From positions 136,462,001-136,526,000 of the forward strand of contig OX597818.1 of NCBI GenBank assembly GCA_951406725.2: DNA of 64,000 nt, in the 5' to 3' direction. The notes beneath the pieces were generated by a model that was given only the letters and a program-made list of their open reading frames with translations, was not told the DNA's origin and searched no databases. This document shows, piece after piece, positions 50,575 through 64,000 of the stretch. The stretch comes from Octopus vulgaris (Eukaryota). Both the position numbers and the translations under genes were made by a program. Positions within the stretch are counted from its first letter, which is position 1. The number at the start of each line of letters is the position of its first letter.

Positions 50575-52815
50575 TCTCTCTCAAATTGGACCCTTTGGTA
50601 TGATGCAGTGCCGTCCAGTTTGAGGATTGGTATAGCTGTCAATTCCAAAATTGTGAGCTAAACCCTCCAAGATCTTCCAAATATATATCACTGCATATCC
50701 CTCTCGTCTTCTCCGCAGGGAATAGAGACTCAGCTCCTTTAGCCTCTTCCAGGAGCCCATCTTTTGCACTGAATCAATCTTTGTGTATTGGCACTGGGTT
50801 GCTTCAAGTTCCACAGTTTGTTTCACACTCTTTGGGCACCATAGTTGGGAGGAGTAGTCGAGGCGACTGAAAACAAAAGCCTTCCATAGGGGTAGCACAG
50901 TTTCCCTTTTCCTGTTTATGAATGTCCTCAGAATCTATCCAGCCACTCGCCTGCACAGTGTTGCCATCTTGGTAATATGCACATGGAATGTTGCATCATT
51001 GCTCATGTGAACCCCCAGGTCACGCACCGACTCTGACTCTGGGATCATATTACCTTCTGGTCCAGTGTATTCCGATTTTAGCCTGGTGTTGTCCGATAGT
51101 GTAGTACCTGAAATTTCATAGCATTGAACTGCATGTTGTTTTTATTAGCCCATTTGCAGATTTCGTTCAGGTCTTTCTACAGTTTTATGATGTCCTCTGA
51201 ATTCCTAACTCCCTGTGATACTTTTATGTCATCAGCACAACTGGTCAGACTGGCTGACTGTACCATGGAGGGCTTGTCTGAGAGAGCCACCACAAATAGT
51301 AGTGGCCCCAGTACAGTTCCCTGTGGAACTCCGCTGAGAATTTGTATCACTTCAGAGTGAGCACCATTGGCTACAACTGTCTGACTCCTGCCCTTCAGAA
51401 AATCATGCAGCCACTCACCCACTTTCCCAGCTTGTGACATATCATGCCATGATCAACCTCATCAAAAGTCTTGGCAAAGTCAAGGTATATCACATATACA
51501 TCTGACTGGTTTAGCTGTTGCTTCAGTACCCAGTCAAAGTGCTGCAGCTCCTCCTTGCGTGTTTGTGAGAAGGTTGTTTTCTTCTAGGAATGTGATCAAC
51601 CTGTTTCTGACAATGCATTCCATTGTTTTGCTAACATGTGAGGTCACAGAGATGGGCCTGGAGTTTTTAACATCTGCTCTGCTCCCTCCTTTATGGACAG
51701 GGCATATTATACCTTCTTTTAGCATGTTGAGAAGTTTACCACATGCAAGGAAACTCTGAAAGAGTATCTGCAGTGGCTTTGCAAGAGCCTTTTTACATGT
51801 TCTCTTTTAAGAGAACAGCTGGGAGTCCATCTGGGCCTGTTGCTGAGTTTGATCTCATCTCATCAATGGTCGATATTCCTTTCTCTTCTGTTATGTTGAT
51901 GTAATTGATGGCTGCCTCTTTTCTAGATAGATTCATTACTTTGCAAAACTCATATGGCATGTTTATTTGCATATTTTCCAGTGAAGTGAAAACACTTCAG
52001 AATTGTTTATTTAGTGCTTCACTTATCTTCTCTTGGTCTGCAGTTAGTGAGCTGTTTCTACCAAATAGTGGCCCTATCTTATAGCATTCTGAGGCAGACT
52101 CCTTTGCCAATAAGTAGAAGGCTTTAGGATTTAAAAAAAGTTTTTGACTGCCTTTCTTCTCTTTCTTTTTCAAGGGAGATTTTGAGTTTATTTTCTACCT
52201 GAGAGAGTTCCTCTGTCAGGTGGGATCTTACACTGTCATTAAGGTGTTTATTTAAACAATTTGAGATCTTTATTCTCCGCCGCATGAGTATTCTCCTGTC
52301 TTGAAGAATGATGCTTTTGAGTGTATTGGATCTCTTCTCTGGGACATATTTAATACATATGGCTCGCATTATTGACATGAATTTATTGAGTTTCATATCT
52401 ATGTCTTGCATAGAGAGGCTTTTACGCCAGTCCTGCTGGAGTATCTGTTTTTCAAGTGACTTCAAGTGTTTTTCAAGTCAGCCTAATAGAAATTTAGGTT
52501 GAATAGGGTTTGTGCACCATCTGTGTGGAGTTTATCTTTAGTTAATTCCAGGCCATACATTGTCAGTTCTATAATGTTATGGTCTGAGGAAATTGTCGGT
52601 GATATATTTATGTTGTGGATAATTTCCACACTGTTTGTAAAACAGACGTCCAGGATATTTTGGTGCTTAGTTGGAGAGAGTATGATCTGCTCCATGAATA
52701 GCACTTTTGTGAGGTCAAGTAGAGATTCTGCTTGATTTTGCTCTTTGTGCGTCATTCCTGGGGTTATTTTGCCCTCAGGCCACCTAATGTTGGTGAAGCT
52801 GCAGTCACCCATCAG
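50575..52815 (-). mobile_element. CR1-group LINE ORF2 relic (APE C-terminal half, RT, C-terminal region)
   Basis: MGD..F..I.W, PT..NILD..FTN, SDHNII (APE); GPDG, CPVHKGG...NSRPISVTSHVSKTME, DVIYLDFAK.FD.VDH, SGVPQGTVLGPLLF, ADDIKV (RT); SRLDYSSQLW, LYSLRRRR; many stops and frameshifts. Confidence 0.92.
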
Positions 52816-53737
52816 GAATATTTAGAATAAATACCAGTTTTAAGAATATAGTAGTGGGGCCGATACATTGTTCAAGGTGGTGCTCAGCATAGCTGTAGTC
52901 TAATGACTAAAACAAGTAAAAAGATAAAAGATAATCATATCAACTGCACATCATTATACATCAACAATTAACATGAAAGGAATAACGATAGTGCTGAAAT
53001 CCTGATTGTAAAGAATACAGCAAAAGTCTCCACTGGGTAAACGAAATAAAATTGTGTTAGTTTCTACTTCTTTGCATTTAGAGGTTACAACTCTAGCACT
53101 CTGAATATATGATTAGAATGTTACAGGAAAGAACTGTAAGACAGATTCTTCAGGCCAGTGGTGTTTACTTAAGGGCAGACCAAGAATGAGGTAGTGGATA
53201 ATATCCATAATTTCAATTGGTCATGTTTCGGAATCCAACTGTAAAGTCTAATGATGGTTGATTCTGATAGGATCTTCTGGAAGAGGTGCCTGAGGATTCT
53301 ATCCTGATGACCTCCCAGGAATAGTGGGTAGAAATGGCGGATGAGTGAATGTGTTGGTTTCACCAAACAAGTTTCAGTTTCTTTAATTTACAAAACAAGC
53401 AACTATTATGGTCAAAAGGGGTTCCCGGCTCAATTCCACTGCACTGTACCTTATGCATGTACTGTCTACCTAAGTCATGAATTGACTAATGCCTTCTGAA
53501 TGAAATCTGGTAGATAAAAATTGAGGAAATCTATTGTGTGTATTGCCGACTCTTGTAAAGTTCTTGATGTTAGGAAGAGTATTCAGTCATAGATATCAAT
53601 CCAAAAATGGAATGTAAGAGCAAGGTGTAGTCCTATACTCTGTCTTGGAGGACAGTAACTCCTAATAAGGACTTGGATTGAGATGAAATGTCCAACCCAT
53701 GCCAGTATGGAAACGTGGTTATAAGTAGGATATAATG

Positions 53738-53777
<40 letters not shown>

Positions 53778-54320
53778 ACACACACATGTATATGTGTGCA
53801 TGTGTTTGTGTGTTTATATCAACATGAGAACAAACTCTAATACATTCAAACAGAAATGCCTTGCAGTATCTAAGGCCACCTGGGGTAGCTACCTTTACTT
53901 CCCAATGTCTATTTCCTATATTGCATTTATGAGACCTATGAAACAAGTCCTAGACAATGTATTGTAGAGGAACAATATAAAGAAGTAAAATTTTTTTTAA
54001 AAACTCTTAATGGCAGTGCTCCAGCATGGGCATAATTTAATGACTGAAAACAGGAAAAGAATATTAAAATGTAGATGGATGAAAGTGAAAGTAATTTTGG
54101 CTGGTGCTGCTACCCTGTTATTACCTGAAATTAGAGACTCAAAGTTGGATACCCTCCACCCTCCTACCTCCACACTCACACAAATACACATGCAGAGAAA
54201 TTGTATGCAGACGACACTTAGTTACTCTCTCACACTTGGGCTGTTTTGCTGAAATTTCACACAAGAAATACATACAGGCTGCTTGGATTGTAGCCATTAG
54301 CAGAAGTTGAATCCAGCAAG

Positions 54321-54395
<75 letters not shown>

Positions 54396-54714
54396 GTGAT
54401 TCAGTATTTGATGAGGTCCTGCGACTGCTGTAAATGCAGCAACTGTTAATATTATGGGACAATATCGCTGCCACAGACAATCAATGTGTTCATAATTGTT
54501 ACACTTGTTGTGTGTGACTTGCTTGAGAGTAACCAAGGCGATATTTGTAATATATTCACCATATAATCATATACATTCAGAGATGAAGATTTTAGAATAT
54601 ATATGTACCCATATAATATTCTTGTCTACCTTATCTATCAATTTTTGTCCCTCTATATATCTAGCTATCCCTATCTGCTTTGTATCTCCTTGCATCTAGC
54701 TATCTACTCCCATA

Positions 54715-54718
54715 CCAC

Positions 54719-54802
<84 letters not shown>

Positions 54803-54851
54803 TATCTATCTATCTGTCTATCTATCTACCTATCACCCACCTATCTGTCTG

Positions 54852-54882
<31 letters not shown>

Positions 54883-54974
54883 GTCTTTCTGTCTATCTTC
54901 TAATATATTCATTAGACTATCACCTCATCTATCTGTCTGTCTGTCTATCCATCCATCCAACCATCCATCCATCC

Positions 54975-55047
<73 letters not shown>

Positions 55048-55085
55048 ATTATCTATCTATCTATCTTATTATCTGTCTATCCCAT
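54715..55085. repeat. (CTAT)n compound microsatellite
   Basis: Directly visible. Confidence 0.95.
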
Positions 55086-55547
55086 TTATTTATGTATATA
55101 TCTAACCTCTCATCTTCTCTCTATCATCTAATACCATCTGCTCCATCTATTTATCATCTTATATTGTTCGTCCCATCTATAACTCTGTCATCTTATACCA
55201 TCCATCCCATGTATCTTACTCTGTGCCATCTGTCAGTCTTCTATGTATCATCTCCATCCATCCAGTCAACCACCTGTCAAATTTCATATTTCTCTGCTCA
55301 CACATTTGACTATCATATCTTCCCCATTCCTATTCTACCCTTCAGTAAATCTATTTTTCTCTCAGCTTAAACCTATTTTCTCATCTATCTATCAACCTAT
55401 TCTCCTTCTGAGCCATCTTTAACAAAAAAACTAAATATTTAACAAATGCCAACCAATCGACTAATAAATCAATAACTCATTAGTCATGAAAACAATACTA
55501 GGGGACAGAATAACAGAGGTAAGCCAATAACAACAACAACAACAATA

Positions 55548-56042
55548 ATGTGAGAAAGCAATCGTATTCTGGGATATGCCAATACACACAGGTAGAGAAA
55601 TTAAGGCCAATAGGCCAGATATAGTAGTCAGAGATAACCAAGAAAAAAATGCTTTCTAATTGATGTATGAATATCAACAGATGACAAATTTTCTCTAAAA
55701 GAAATGGAGAAACTTTCAAAATACAAAGATCTGGAAACAGTGGTAACTCAAATGTGGAGTCTAAAAACAGCAGCAATTCCTATCATAGTAGGTGCATTAG
55801 GTATGATAAAAAAATATTCAGATACATAACAAAAACACCAGGACTTACAAATATATATAACATACAGAAAATAGCACTACTAGGCACTGCTCACATCCTA
55901 TGTAAAACACTTTCATTACAGTAAAAGTAAGAGCATCACAACAGACTACAGCACATACCCAAGGCACACAGAGCTGTGCTTGGAAGTGCAGGGAAAGCAC
56001 GGGATAAAAATAAGACTACTGAATAATAATAATAATAATAAT
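55548..56042 (+). mobile_element. R4/Dong-like 3' fragment (RLE endonuclease domain) ending in (TAA)n
   Basis: FWDMPIHT.REIKANRPDIVVRD ... KEMEKLSKYKDL...MW ... IPIIVGALG ... IQKIALLGTAHIL; (AAT)n at 56021-56042. Confidence 0.85.
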
Positions 56043-56220
56043 GATTTCCAATTTTGGCACAAGACCAGCAAGATTGAGGAGAGGATGAAAGGTAAAGTCA
56101 ACCTTGGTGGAATTTGAACTCAGAACATAAATACAGATGAAATGCTGCTAAGCATCTTGCCTAATGTGCTAACAATTCTGCCAACTTGCTGCCTTTATAA
56201 TAATAATAATAATAATAATT

Positions 56221-57445
56221 ATGAAGCAGATAGAAGAGACGGGCTATAAGTACTTGGGGATATTGGAAATGCATAAATTGATGGAGAAAGACATGACAGA
56301 AAAATTTAAGGTGGAGTAGTTGCGCAGACTGAGACTGATCCTTAAGTTGAAATTAAACGGATGGAATAAGATTGAAGCTATCAACACCTGGGCAGTTTCA
56401 CTCCTTAGATATGGAGCAGGGGCAGTAGATGAACTAAACAGCTTAAACAGAAAGACAAGGAAGTTATTAACTAGATATGGGATACTCCATCCAAAAAGTG
56501 ACAGAGACAGACTGTATGAACCAAGAAAAAGAGAGGGAAGAGGACTGAGTGGATGCGAACACAGCATTAGAGCAGAAGAAAATAACATAGCATGGTATGT
56601 AAAAAATGCCACAGAACTGCTATTATTGGAAGTAAGAAGGTCAGGCTTGTGTAGGATGGAGAATTCAAAGATAAAGCACTGTACAAGCACTTCAGAATGA
56701 ATGAAACTGAAAATAGGTGGATAAAGAAAAGAATGCACAGACAATTTCATAGGGACGTTGAAGATAGGACAGACAGAGAAAAAATATGGCTATAGATGAC
56801 TAAAAGTGATTTAAAACCGGAAATGGAGGCTCTAATCTGTGCTGCCCAAGAGCAAGCATTAAGAACAAATTACATCAAATACAGAATAAACAACACATCA
56901 GAAAGTGATAAGTGCAGAATTTGTGGATGAAAGGGTGAAGCTGTATGGCATATTACCAGTTGATGTACGCTGCTAACCCAGAAAGAATATAAGAGATGTC
57001 ATGACAGTATAGCAAGGATTATCCACTGGACACTCTACAACTAGTATGGACTTGACACAGCAAAAAAGTGGTATGAACATAAACCCGAAGGCATCATTGA
57101 AAATGATAATGCAAAGATCCTATGGGATTTTATGATTCAGTTTGACTGTAAGATAGAGAATAGGAAACCAGACACAGTTTTAATTGAGAAAGAAAGCTTG
57201 GGAGATTAAGCAGTTGTGGTCACTGAAAAAGGTGGTAGTAGCCCTGGGAACAGTGAGTGAGAATCCTGAGAAATACATGGAACAAATAGGGGCTGCAATA
57301 AGGGTGGAGCACCTGCAGAAAACAGCACTGCTTGAATACTCTGGATGGTGCTCGAAAAATAAGGGGTGTTACCTTCGTTCACTGATAGTGAACAGCTGAC
57401 ACCATAGTACATTTCCAGCATTAGAAGCTGTGCAAAGACAATAAA
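56221..57445 (+). mobile_element. R4/Dong-like fragment (RT C-terminus, CCHC, partial RLE), same family as 16310-17160
   Basis: YKYLG, LNGWNKIEAINTWAV, DRLYEPRK.EGRGL, EALICAAQEQAL, CRICG, KILWDFMIQ, RKPD, LQKTALL; begins directly after (TAA)n. Confidence 0.88.
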
Positions 57446-57454
57446 ATAATTATA

Positions 57455-57665
57455 ATCCTTTCTACTATAGGCACAAGGCCTGAAATTTTAGGGGAGGGGA
57501 CTAGTTGATTACATTAAACCCAGTGTTTCACTGGTACTTAATTTAACGACAACGAAAGAATGAAAGGCAAAGTCGAACTTGGTGGAATTTGAACTCAGAC
57601 TGTTCAGTCGGAAGAAATGACTCTGAGCATTTCATCTGACACGGTAACAATTCTGCCAGCTTGCT
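57455..57665 (-). mobile_element. SINE family B (further copies at 47205-47410 +, 56045-56195 -, 58770-58950 -)
   Basis: TGAAAGGCAAAGTCGA...GGAATTTGAACTCAG. Confidence 0.8.
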
Positions 57666-58381
57666 GCAGTCCTGCAACCAAGACCGGTTGCAGGACTACA
57701 TCTTGCTCTTACATTCCATTTTTGGATTGATATCTATGACTGAATACTCTTCCTAACATCAAACACTTTACAAGAGTCGGCAATACACACAATGGTGATG
57801 AGGAGGAGGAGGAGTGGGACTCATAAATATTTCACGGAATTAATGGAAAACCTATTAGGTTATTTCTGAAAACTTTATCCAAAATACCTGAAAGCATAGC
57901 CTGGGTTGTGTCTGTGTGGAAAGATAGTCACTCATCTGCTACTTGTTGAAAAGTGAAAGAAATTGGAATATGATCATTACTTAATGCACTTTGTATATAC
58001 ACTTTATATACGTTATGCACAGTTTTATAGACTTAAAACACAGCACTCATAAATTAAATATTCACTCTTATTTTTATATTTTTCTCATGAACAAGCAAAA
58101 AATAGCCCATACATATGATACAACCTTTAGTTAAATTGCATATATCTGCCATGTAAATAGTGTGAATATTTCATGAACTTACACTTATGTGCATGCGTTA
58201 AGTGACAGGTGATATAAAAAACTTAGTTCAATAAAAAAAAATACACTTTCACTATCCAATCACCACCACCACTCTCTTCCCCTTTTCTCTCTTTGCCTTT
58301 CTTTAACCTCGCCATCAGAACATCACCCCTCTGCTAAAATTATATTAACTCTCCTCCTCTACCTTCAAATAACTTTTTTTA

Positions 58382-58544
58382 ACTACACTCGCGGAGTGGT
58401 TGGCGTTAGGAAGGGCATCCAGCCGTAGAAACACTGCCAGATCTGACTGGGCCTGACGAAGCCTTCCAGCTTCACGGACCCCAGTTGACCCGTCCAACCC
58501 ATGCTAGCATGGAAAGCGGATGCTAAATGATGATGATGATGATG
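58382..58544 (+). mobile_element. Retroposon family C, 5'-truncated
   Basis: Conserved 3' end with (GAT)n. Confidence 0.88.
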
Positions 58545-59109
58545 TAATAAATATTACATTCCTCCTATCTCACGTCATGGACACTTCTCTCTCCCTAGTT
58601 CTGTCTCACTTTTTGCCTTATCTTCTTTTTCTTTCTCCTCTCTTTCCCTTTAACTAATCACATGAAAGTGTTACATTTACATTCCCTCTCTCTCCGTCTT
58701 TTTCTCTAATCAGGTAAAAGTGTTACTAATGGGCTAAGTAATGTAATGACAAGCAAATTCATTATAAGAATGGGGGAGGGGACAAGTCGATTACATCAAC
58801 CCCAGTTTGTCACTGGTATTTATTTCATTGACCCCAAAAGAATGAAAGGCCAAGTCGACCTCAGCGGAATTTGAGCTCAGGACGTAGCTATGGGCCAAAT
58901 ACTGCTAAACATTTCATCCAGCGTGCTAACGATTGAGCTGGCTCACCACCTGAATAATAGTAATAATGATAAAAATAATAATATTAAGATGTACATGTTA
59001 ACACTTACAATCAGTTAAGATCAGATGCCATGACAATCACTGCCTAGTATTGTACCAGGATATCCTGCTATTGCATCAGAGCATCCTTATTAATAATAAT
59101 AATAATAAT

Positions 59110-59288
59110 AGGAAAGAGTGAGAGAAAGTTGTGGCAAAAGAGCTGGCAGAAGTTCGCCATTAACTTCTGCCGGAGCCGCATGGAGCTTAGGTGTTTTGCT
59201 CATAAACACACACATCGCCCAGTCTGAGATTCAAACCCACGATCCCTCGACCGCGAGTCTGCTGCTCTAACCACTAGGCCATGTGCCT
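59110..59288 (-). mobile_element. tRNA-derived SINE, family E
   Basis: Minus strand GGCACATGGCCTAGTGGTTAGAGC...GGGTTTGAATCTC gives A and B boxes. Confidence 0.7.
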
Positions 59289-59324
59289 AGAGATAGTATG
59301 CAAGTAAGAGATGGTATGCAAGTA

Positions 59325-59520
59325 ATAGTATGCAAGAGAGGAGGCAGTGCTGGTACAGACATGTAATATATGAAGAGGACGACTTTAGGATAAAGAATTT
59401 CCACATGGAACAAATTATGGTACAGAAAGTCTGAAGAAAGGCATTGGCAGATGTGCAAGATGATCACAGGATGCTGAACCTCACAAAGGAGATGACTAAC
59501 AAAGATAACAAACGGAGAGA
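59325..59520 (+). pseudogene. Decayed RTE LINE C-terminal fragment
   Basis: SMQERRQCWYRHVI (=RRLRWYGHV) ... DDHRMLNLTKEMT. Confidence 0.55.
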
Positions 59521-59818
59521 GAGTTTATTGGAGAGAATCTGTTCAATAAACGCTAGTATGGGAAAGCAGATGATAAACACAACTTTATGTACACTCAATG
59601 TACCTTATACACCACACAAGTCTAATGAATTGTGCAACCCAGCTTCAATGATTATTCATACTTCTGCAGTATTAATTACTAACTTGATAACAATTAATGG
59701 AAAAAAAAAAATCCTGTTTGGCATCTCTGTGTATGAGTACGTATCAGTATGAACATGCATGTGTGTGTGTTGGTTATACTTATAGATGCATACATTTATA
59801 TACATATTTGTGTATGCA

Positions 59819-59895
<77 letters not shown>

Positions 59896-59900
59896 GTGTG

Positions 59901-59939
<39 letters not shown>

Positions 59940-60339
59940 AAAACAGGAAATTGAACTAGAATATAACATGTGACAACAAAACATCTGGACAGTTAGACGA
60001 TACAAAAACGGACAGGAAAAAACAAGGATGAGTCATTCAGAGCTTCCTATCCTCAGCCGAGTTCCAGATCGTCTTTGCAGTTTTGGCTGGTTACACTTGA
60101 GACTGCTCCAATCTGGCAGGCCCCAAGAAAATCTAAACTAAGAGCACTAGACTCCTTGGAAGAAAGCAAGTGAATGTATATGAAAACAAGGACAAAAAAT
60201 GGAGAACTGGTACACAATTACAAATACAAACAACAAGACATTAACAACAGGTGTCTTTTGATTAAGGATGAATTAAATTAAGCTGGTGTGTTTGGAAGTG
60301 AAGCCTTACAGCAGGAACATACATATGTATGTGTATGTG

Positions 60340-60374
<35 letters not shown>

Positions 60375-60409
60375 ATATAGGTGTGTATATATATATATAT
60401 ATATATATT

Positions 60410-60581
60410 ATATAAAATCCATTCTGTGTGTGTGTGTGTGTGTCTTCTAGGATTTCAGGCATCCTCCATCCGATTGCGCTCAAATTTGATATGTAGATCC
60501 CGGCGGTATCAGGACGTGTATAAGTTTTGAAATAATTAACGTAGTGATTTCTTTAAAAAATTTCACTATCAGTGGCCTAGT
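60410..60581 (+). mobile_element. Short Helitron-like element
   Basis: TATATAAAA start, internal microsatellite, CCGATTGCGCTCAAATTTG motif, CTAG|T end; same architecture as 9146-9537. Confidence 0.45.
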
Positions 60582-61283
60582 ATAGGTATATAGGTGTGTG
60601 TGTGTGTGTGTGTGTGCGCGTGTGTGTATATATAAATATATGTATGTATGTATCCACTAATGCAGTGTTGAGCACTCACTCTCTCATTGTTCGATATATA
60701 TATACATACCTAAGTAGAGTCTATAAACTATAAAGAAGACACTATGCTTTGTTCTAAGCATTCTCCACAACTTCAAAGAGAGGAAATTCAAAAAGAATTC
60801 AATTTAATTCACTGATGCTATCTCGCTCTCCTGTTAATAAGATAGATAACAGTAGTATAAAGCCAATCTGAAGCTACAGGTAATGTATTGCATGTTCGAT
60901 CATGTGGAAAACCCATTTCTATTATAGATGGGGGTGAGACAGGGGGGAGCTTCTGCATGCTCATTGATTTGAGAGGAGCAGATTTGCAGACTCGCAGACT
61001 GACCTGCTTACAACTACTGTTCTGTGTGTGAATAGAAGTGGTTGTGGTGAGGTGTATGAGTAAAGGTGGTTGTGGTGGGATGTTGGAGTTGTGGTGGTAG
61101 TGTGATGATGGTATCGGTCTATATAAAGAATAATGCATAATGGTAATCCTTTAACACAAATACATGTTTTAGAGGATTGATTCAAAGTTTTGACAATTCT
61201 TCATCCAAAATATGTATGAAGATACACACACACATGCATACACACACACACACATGCATATATTTATACAAATGCATATACAC

Positions 61284-61327
<44 letters not shown>

Positions 61328-61472
61328 TCACACACATATATATGCATACATATATATATTTATACAAATGCATATACATGGATATATATACACACACACA
61401 TATATGTATGTGCATATGTATGTGTGTATATGTGTGTATGAATGTACATAAGTGCATGTATATATATATGCA

Positions 61473-61507
<35 letters not shown>

Positions 61508-61517
61508 AAGTAAATAG

Positions 61518-61549
<32 letters not shown>

Positions 61550-61690
61550 CTTATGTTCATGCATGACTATTTTACTTAATTATTTTCTTAATCAAGATTT
61601 CTTCATATTTTTCAATTTATATTTAGAACAAATAAAGTTCCTGAATCCATCATCAATGTTTCTTGACATTTCTTGAAGAGGAACTCATAA

Positions 61691-61748
<58 letters not shown>

Positions 61749-61834
61749 AAAACAAAGCAAAACAAAAAGCTATTCCTCATATATTACATACACACATAAA
61801 TAGATAGATAGATAGATAGATCCTGGGTTACTTA

Positions 61835-62050
61835 TGAGGGGTGCTGAAAAGTGCCTGGCTTTTAGGGTATCATGAAAGGCCAGGTTGAAGGTCCAACCTT
61901 TTGAGTTCTTTTACAGGGTTTAGAAAAACTGAAGGTTTACTGAAATAAGTATGTGAATCTGAGAGGGGAATATGTTGGATAAAATCATAATTAACTGATC
62001 CTCTTGTATTTCCTTTTACCCAATGCCAAGAACTTCTCAGCAGCCCCTCA
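61835..62050 (+). mobile_element. Mariner-derived MITE
   Basis: TA-TGAGGGGTGCTGAAAAGTGCCTGGC ... GCCAAGAACTTCTCAGCAGCCCCTCA-TA; internal QGLEKL..*NKYVNLRGEYVG* is the mariner transposase C-terminus. Confidence 0.85.
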
Positions 62051-62159
62051 TATATAGGGGTAGTTTGTAAGGCTGCTTAAATGATTATCAACATATATTT
62101 TATTAAAGCAAAGCAATGAGTTCAACAAAAGGATTTTGCTTAATGGAAAGGTGTGGAAG

Positions 62160-62570
62160 GGATAAACTCAGGAAGATGTGGGACCAAGTGGTGAAAAAGA
62201 ATCTTCAGACATTGAGCCTCACAGTAGAGATGAGTAGTGACTGAGACTTCTGGCAATTTGTTGTGCTTGAGGAGACATGTCATGCTAAGTAAAACTGTGG
62301 TTGTCCTTGCATAGAGGCATGTCCTCTGCATCCTTCTTCATCTGAGCATTCGTAATCTTGTAGGCTTGTGGGAGCTGGTGCTGTGTAAATGCACCCAGTA
62401 CATGTGAAAGTGATTGGCGCTAGGAATGGCATCCAGCCGTAGAAACCATGCCAAAACAGATATGGAGTTTGGGATGCTCTTTAGCTGTCCAGCTCCTGTC
62501 AAACTGTCCAACCCATGCCAGCATGGAAAACAGACATATGGTGATGATGATGATGATGATGATGATGATG
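62160..62570 (+). mobile_element. Retroposon family C, old
   Basis: GGCATCCAGCCGTAGAAACCATGCC...CCCATGCCAGCATGG and (GAT)n. Confidence 0.7.
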
Positions 62571-62733
62571 ACCAGGTGTTGTCATGGCTATGTGGTAAAA
62601 AGTTTGCTTCCCAACCACATGGTTCCAGGTTCAGTCCCACTGCATAACACCTTGCTTAAGATCCCATGCAGTGGGAACAAACCCCAAACCAAGTGGTTGT
62701 GAAGTAAAATGCCCAATCACACAACAATACTCA

Positions 62734-62802
<69 letters not shown>

Positions 62803-63259
62803 AGTGTGTGTGTGCATGAAGTAAGTTAAGTTGTTGTTTCATAGTGAGGGACGTTCTGAGATTTTAGGACAGTCCTTCTTTGGTGGTGGGGAGGTGGGGG
62901 GCAAGAGAAAAATTTTGTGCGTGCTTTTTGAGATAGGACACAGTAGGAGGTAGACATGGCTTAGTTGTACAGGCATAAGAGGTAAGTGGTGGAAGAGTAA
63001 GAGTATCACTGCAATAAGGAAGTGGATGGATCAAGCACAAGATGAAATGATTTGTAAAAGGCAATGAGTGTGTGTGTGTGTGTGTGTGTGTGTTCATTTG
63101 TAGGCAAGGTCAGTGAACAACTTAAGAGACTTGACCTAACTTCTCCGGAGTCATTTTTTTGGCATGTGTAAACAAGAATATTCAGTAATAAGATGTAGGA
63201 CAAGCAGAACTTATAGGACACAAATACATACATATTGACAAAGTAGAGATATGGATATT

Positions 63260-63720
63260 TCATCATCGTTTAATGTCTGCTTTCCATGCTGGCATGGGTT
63301 GGACGATTTGACTGAAGACTGGTGAACCAGATGGCTGCACCAGGCTCCAGTATGATCTGGTAGAGTTTCTACAGATGGATGCCCTTCCTAACACCAACCA
63401 CTCCGAGAGTGTAATGGGTGCTTTTACATGCCTCCGGCATGAGGGTCAGTCAGGCGGTAATGGCAACGGTCACGCTCAAATGGTGTTTTTTTACATGCCA
63501 CCTGCAGAGGAGCCAATCCAACAGCACTGGCAACAACCTCGCTCAAATGTTTTTTCACGTGCCACCGGCACAAATGCCAGTAAGGCGATGCTAGTAATGA
63601 TCATGCTCAAATGGAGCTTTTTACATGCCACTGGCACGGAAACCAGTTTGCTGTTCTGGCAATGATCATGCTTGGATGGTGCTCTTAGTGCTCTGCTAGC
63701 ATGGATGCCAGTCATCAAAT
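63260..63720 (-). mobile_element. Retroposon family C with diverged sub-repeats
   Basis: Reversed 3' end and repeated TTTTACATGCCAC units. Confidence 0.8.
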
Positions 63721-64000
63721 TTGATCATGCAAATATGAAGTATGCATGCACTTAGGCAGCAGTGGGAGCTGTGTCCTCAGTTGGCATGACAACGTTAGTA
63801 TGTGTTTTCCCACAATGGAAAACGTTTTACTAGAGACGTGAGGGATAATGCTCATACAAAATAACAAGTGGGGCAGGATGATATTAGGATGAGAAGACGG
63901 GGAAACAGTCATTTAAGGGCCAAGGGAGAAAAAAGGTCTGAGGGTGAATATGGTGTGTTGTTATTTGTGTTTCCTGAACTATTATACCCCAGCAGAATCG

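Noticed and set aside
50575-52815. Active or domesticated reverse transcriptase gene
   Set aside because: Multiple stops, frameshifts and deletions; truncated at both ends.
53169-53366. 65 aa ORF in unique sequence
   Set aside because: No homology recognised and no clear splice boundaries.
60020-60110. Hammerhead-like CTGAGGA...GAA on the minus strand in an unclassified repeat-like stretch
   Set aside because: Stems and GAAA core cannot be drawn convincingly.

Overview
AT-rich eukaryotic genomic DNA, almost entirely intronic/intergenic. The repeat vocabulary is most consistent with an octopod cephalopod (Octopus-like); this is inference from three very abundant short retroposon families, dense TA/CA/TATC/GAT/CAC microsatellites, and RTE, CR1 and R4/Dong LINE relics. 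No intact cellular protein-coding gene is recognisable, and most long ORFs in the track are microsatellite artefacts. Main contents: (i) many SINE copies, several with clear target-site duplications (TSDs); (ii) decayed LINE fragments (CR1-group with APE and RT, RTE, R4/Dong in TAA repeats); (iii) non-autonomous DNA elements (TTAA piggyBac-like, mariner, hAT-like, Helitron-like); (iv) two homogeneous tandem arrays: about 52 x 118 bp (18786-24910), amplified from inside an RTE reverse-transcriptase gene, and 13 x 107 bp (40994-42387). Most interesting signals: several minimal type I hammerhead-ribozyme motifs, including a tandem retrozyme-like pair and one carried by a tRNA-headed, apparently 5'-inverted retroposon; repeated fold-back hairpins and templated insertions; and a chain of minus-strand splice signals suggesting a multi-exon non-coding transcript.
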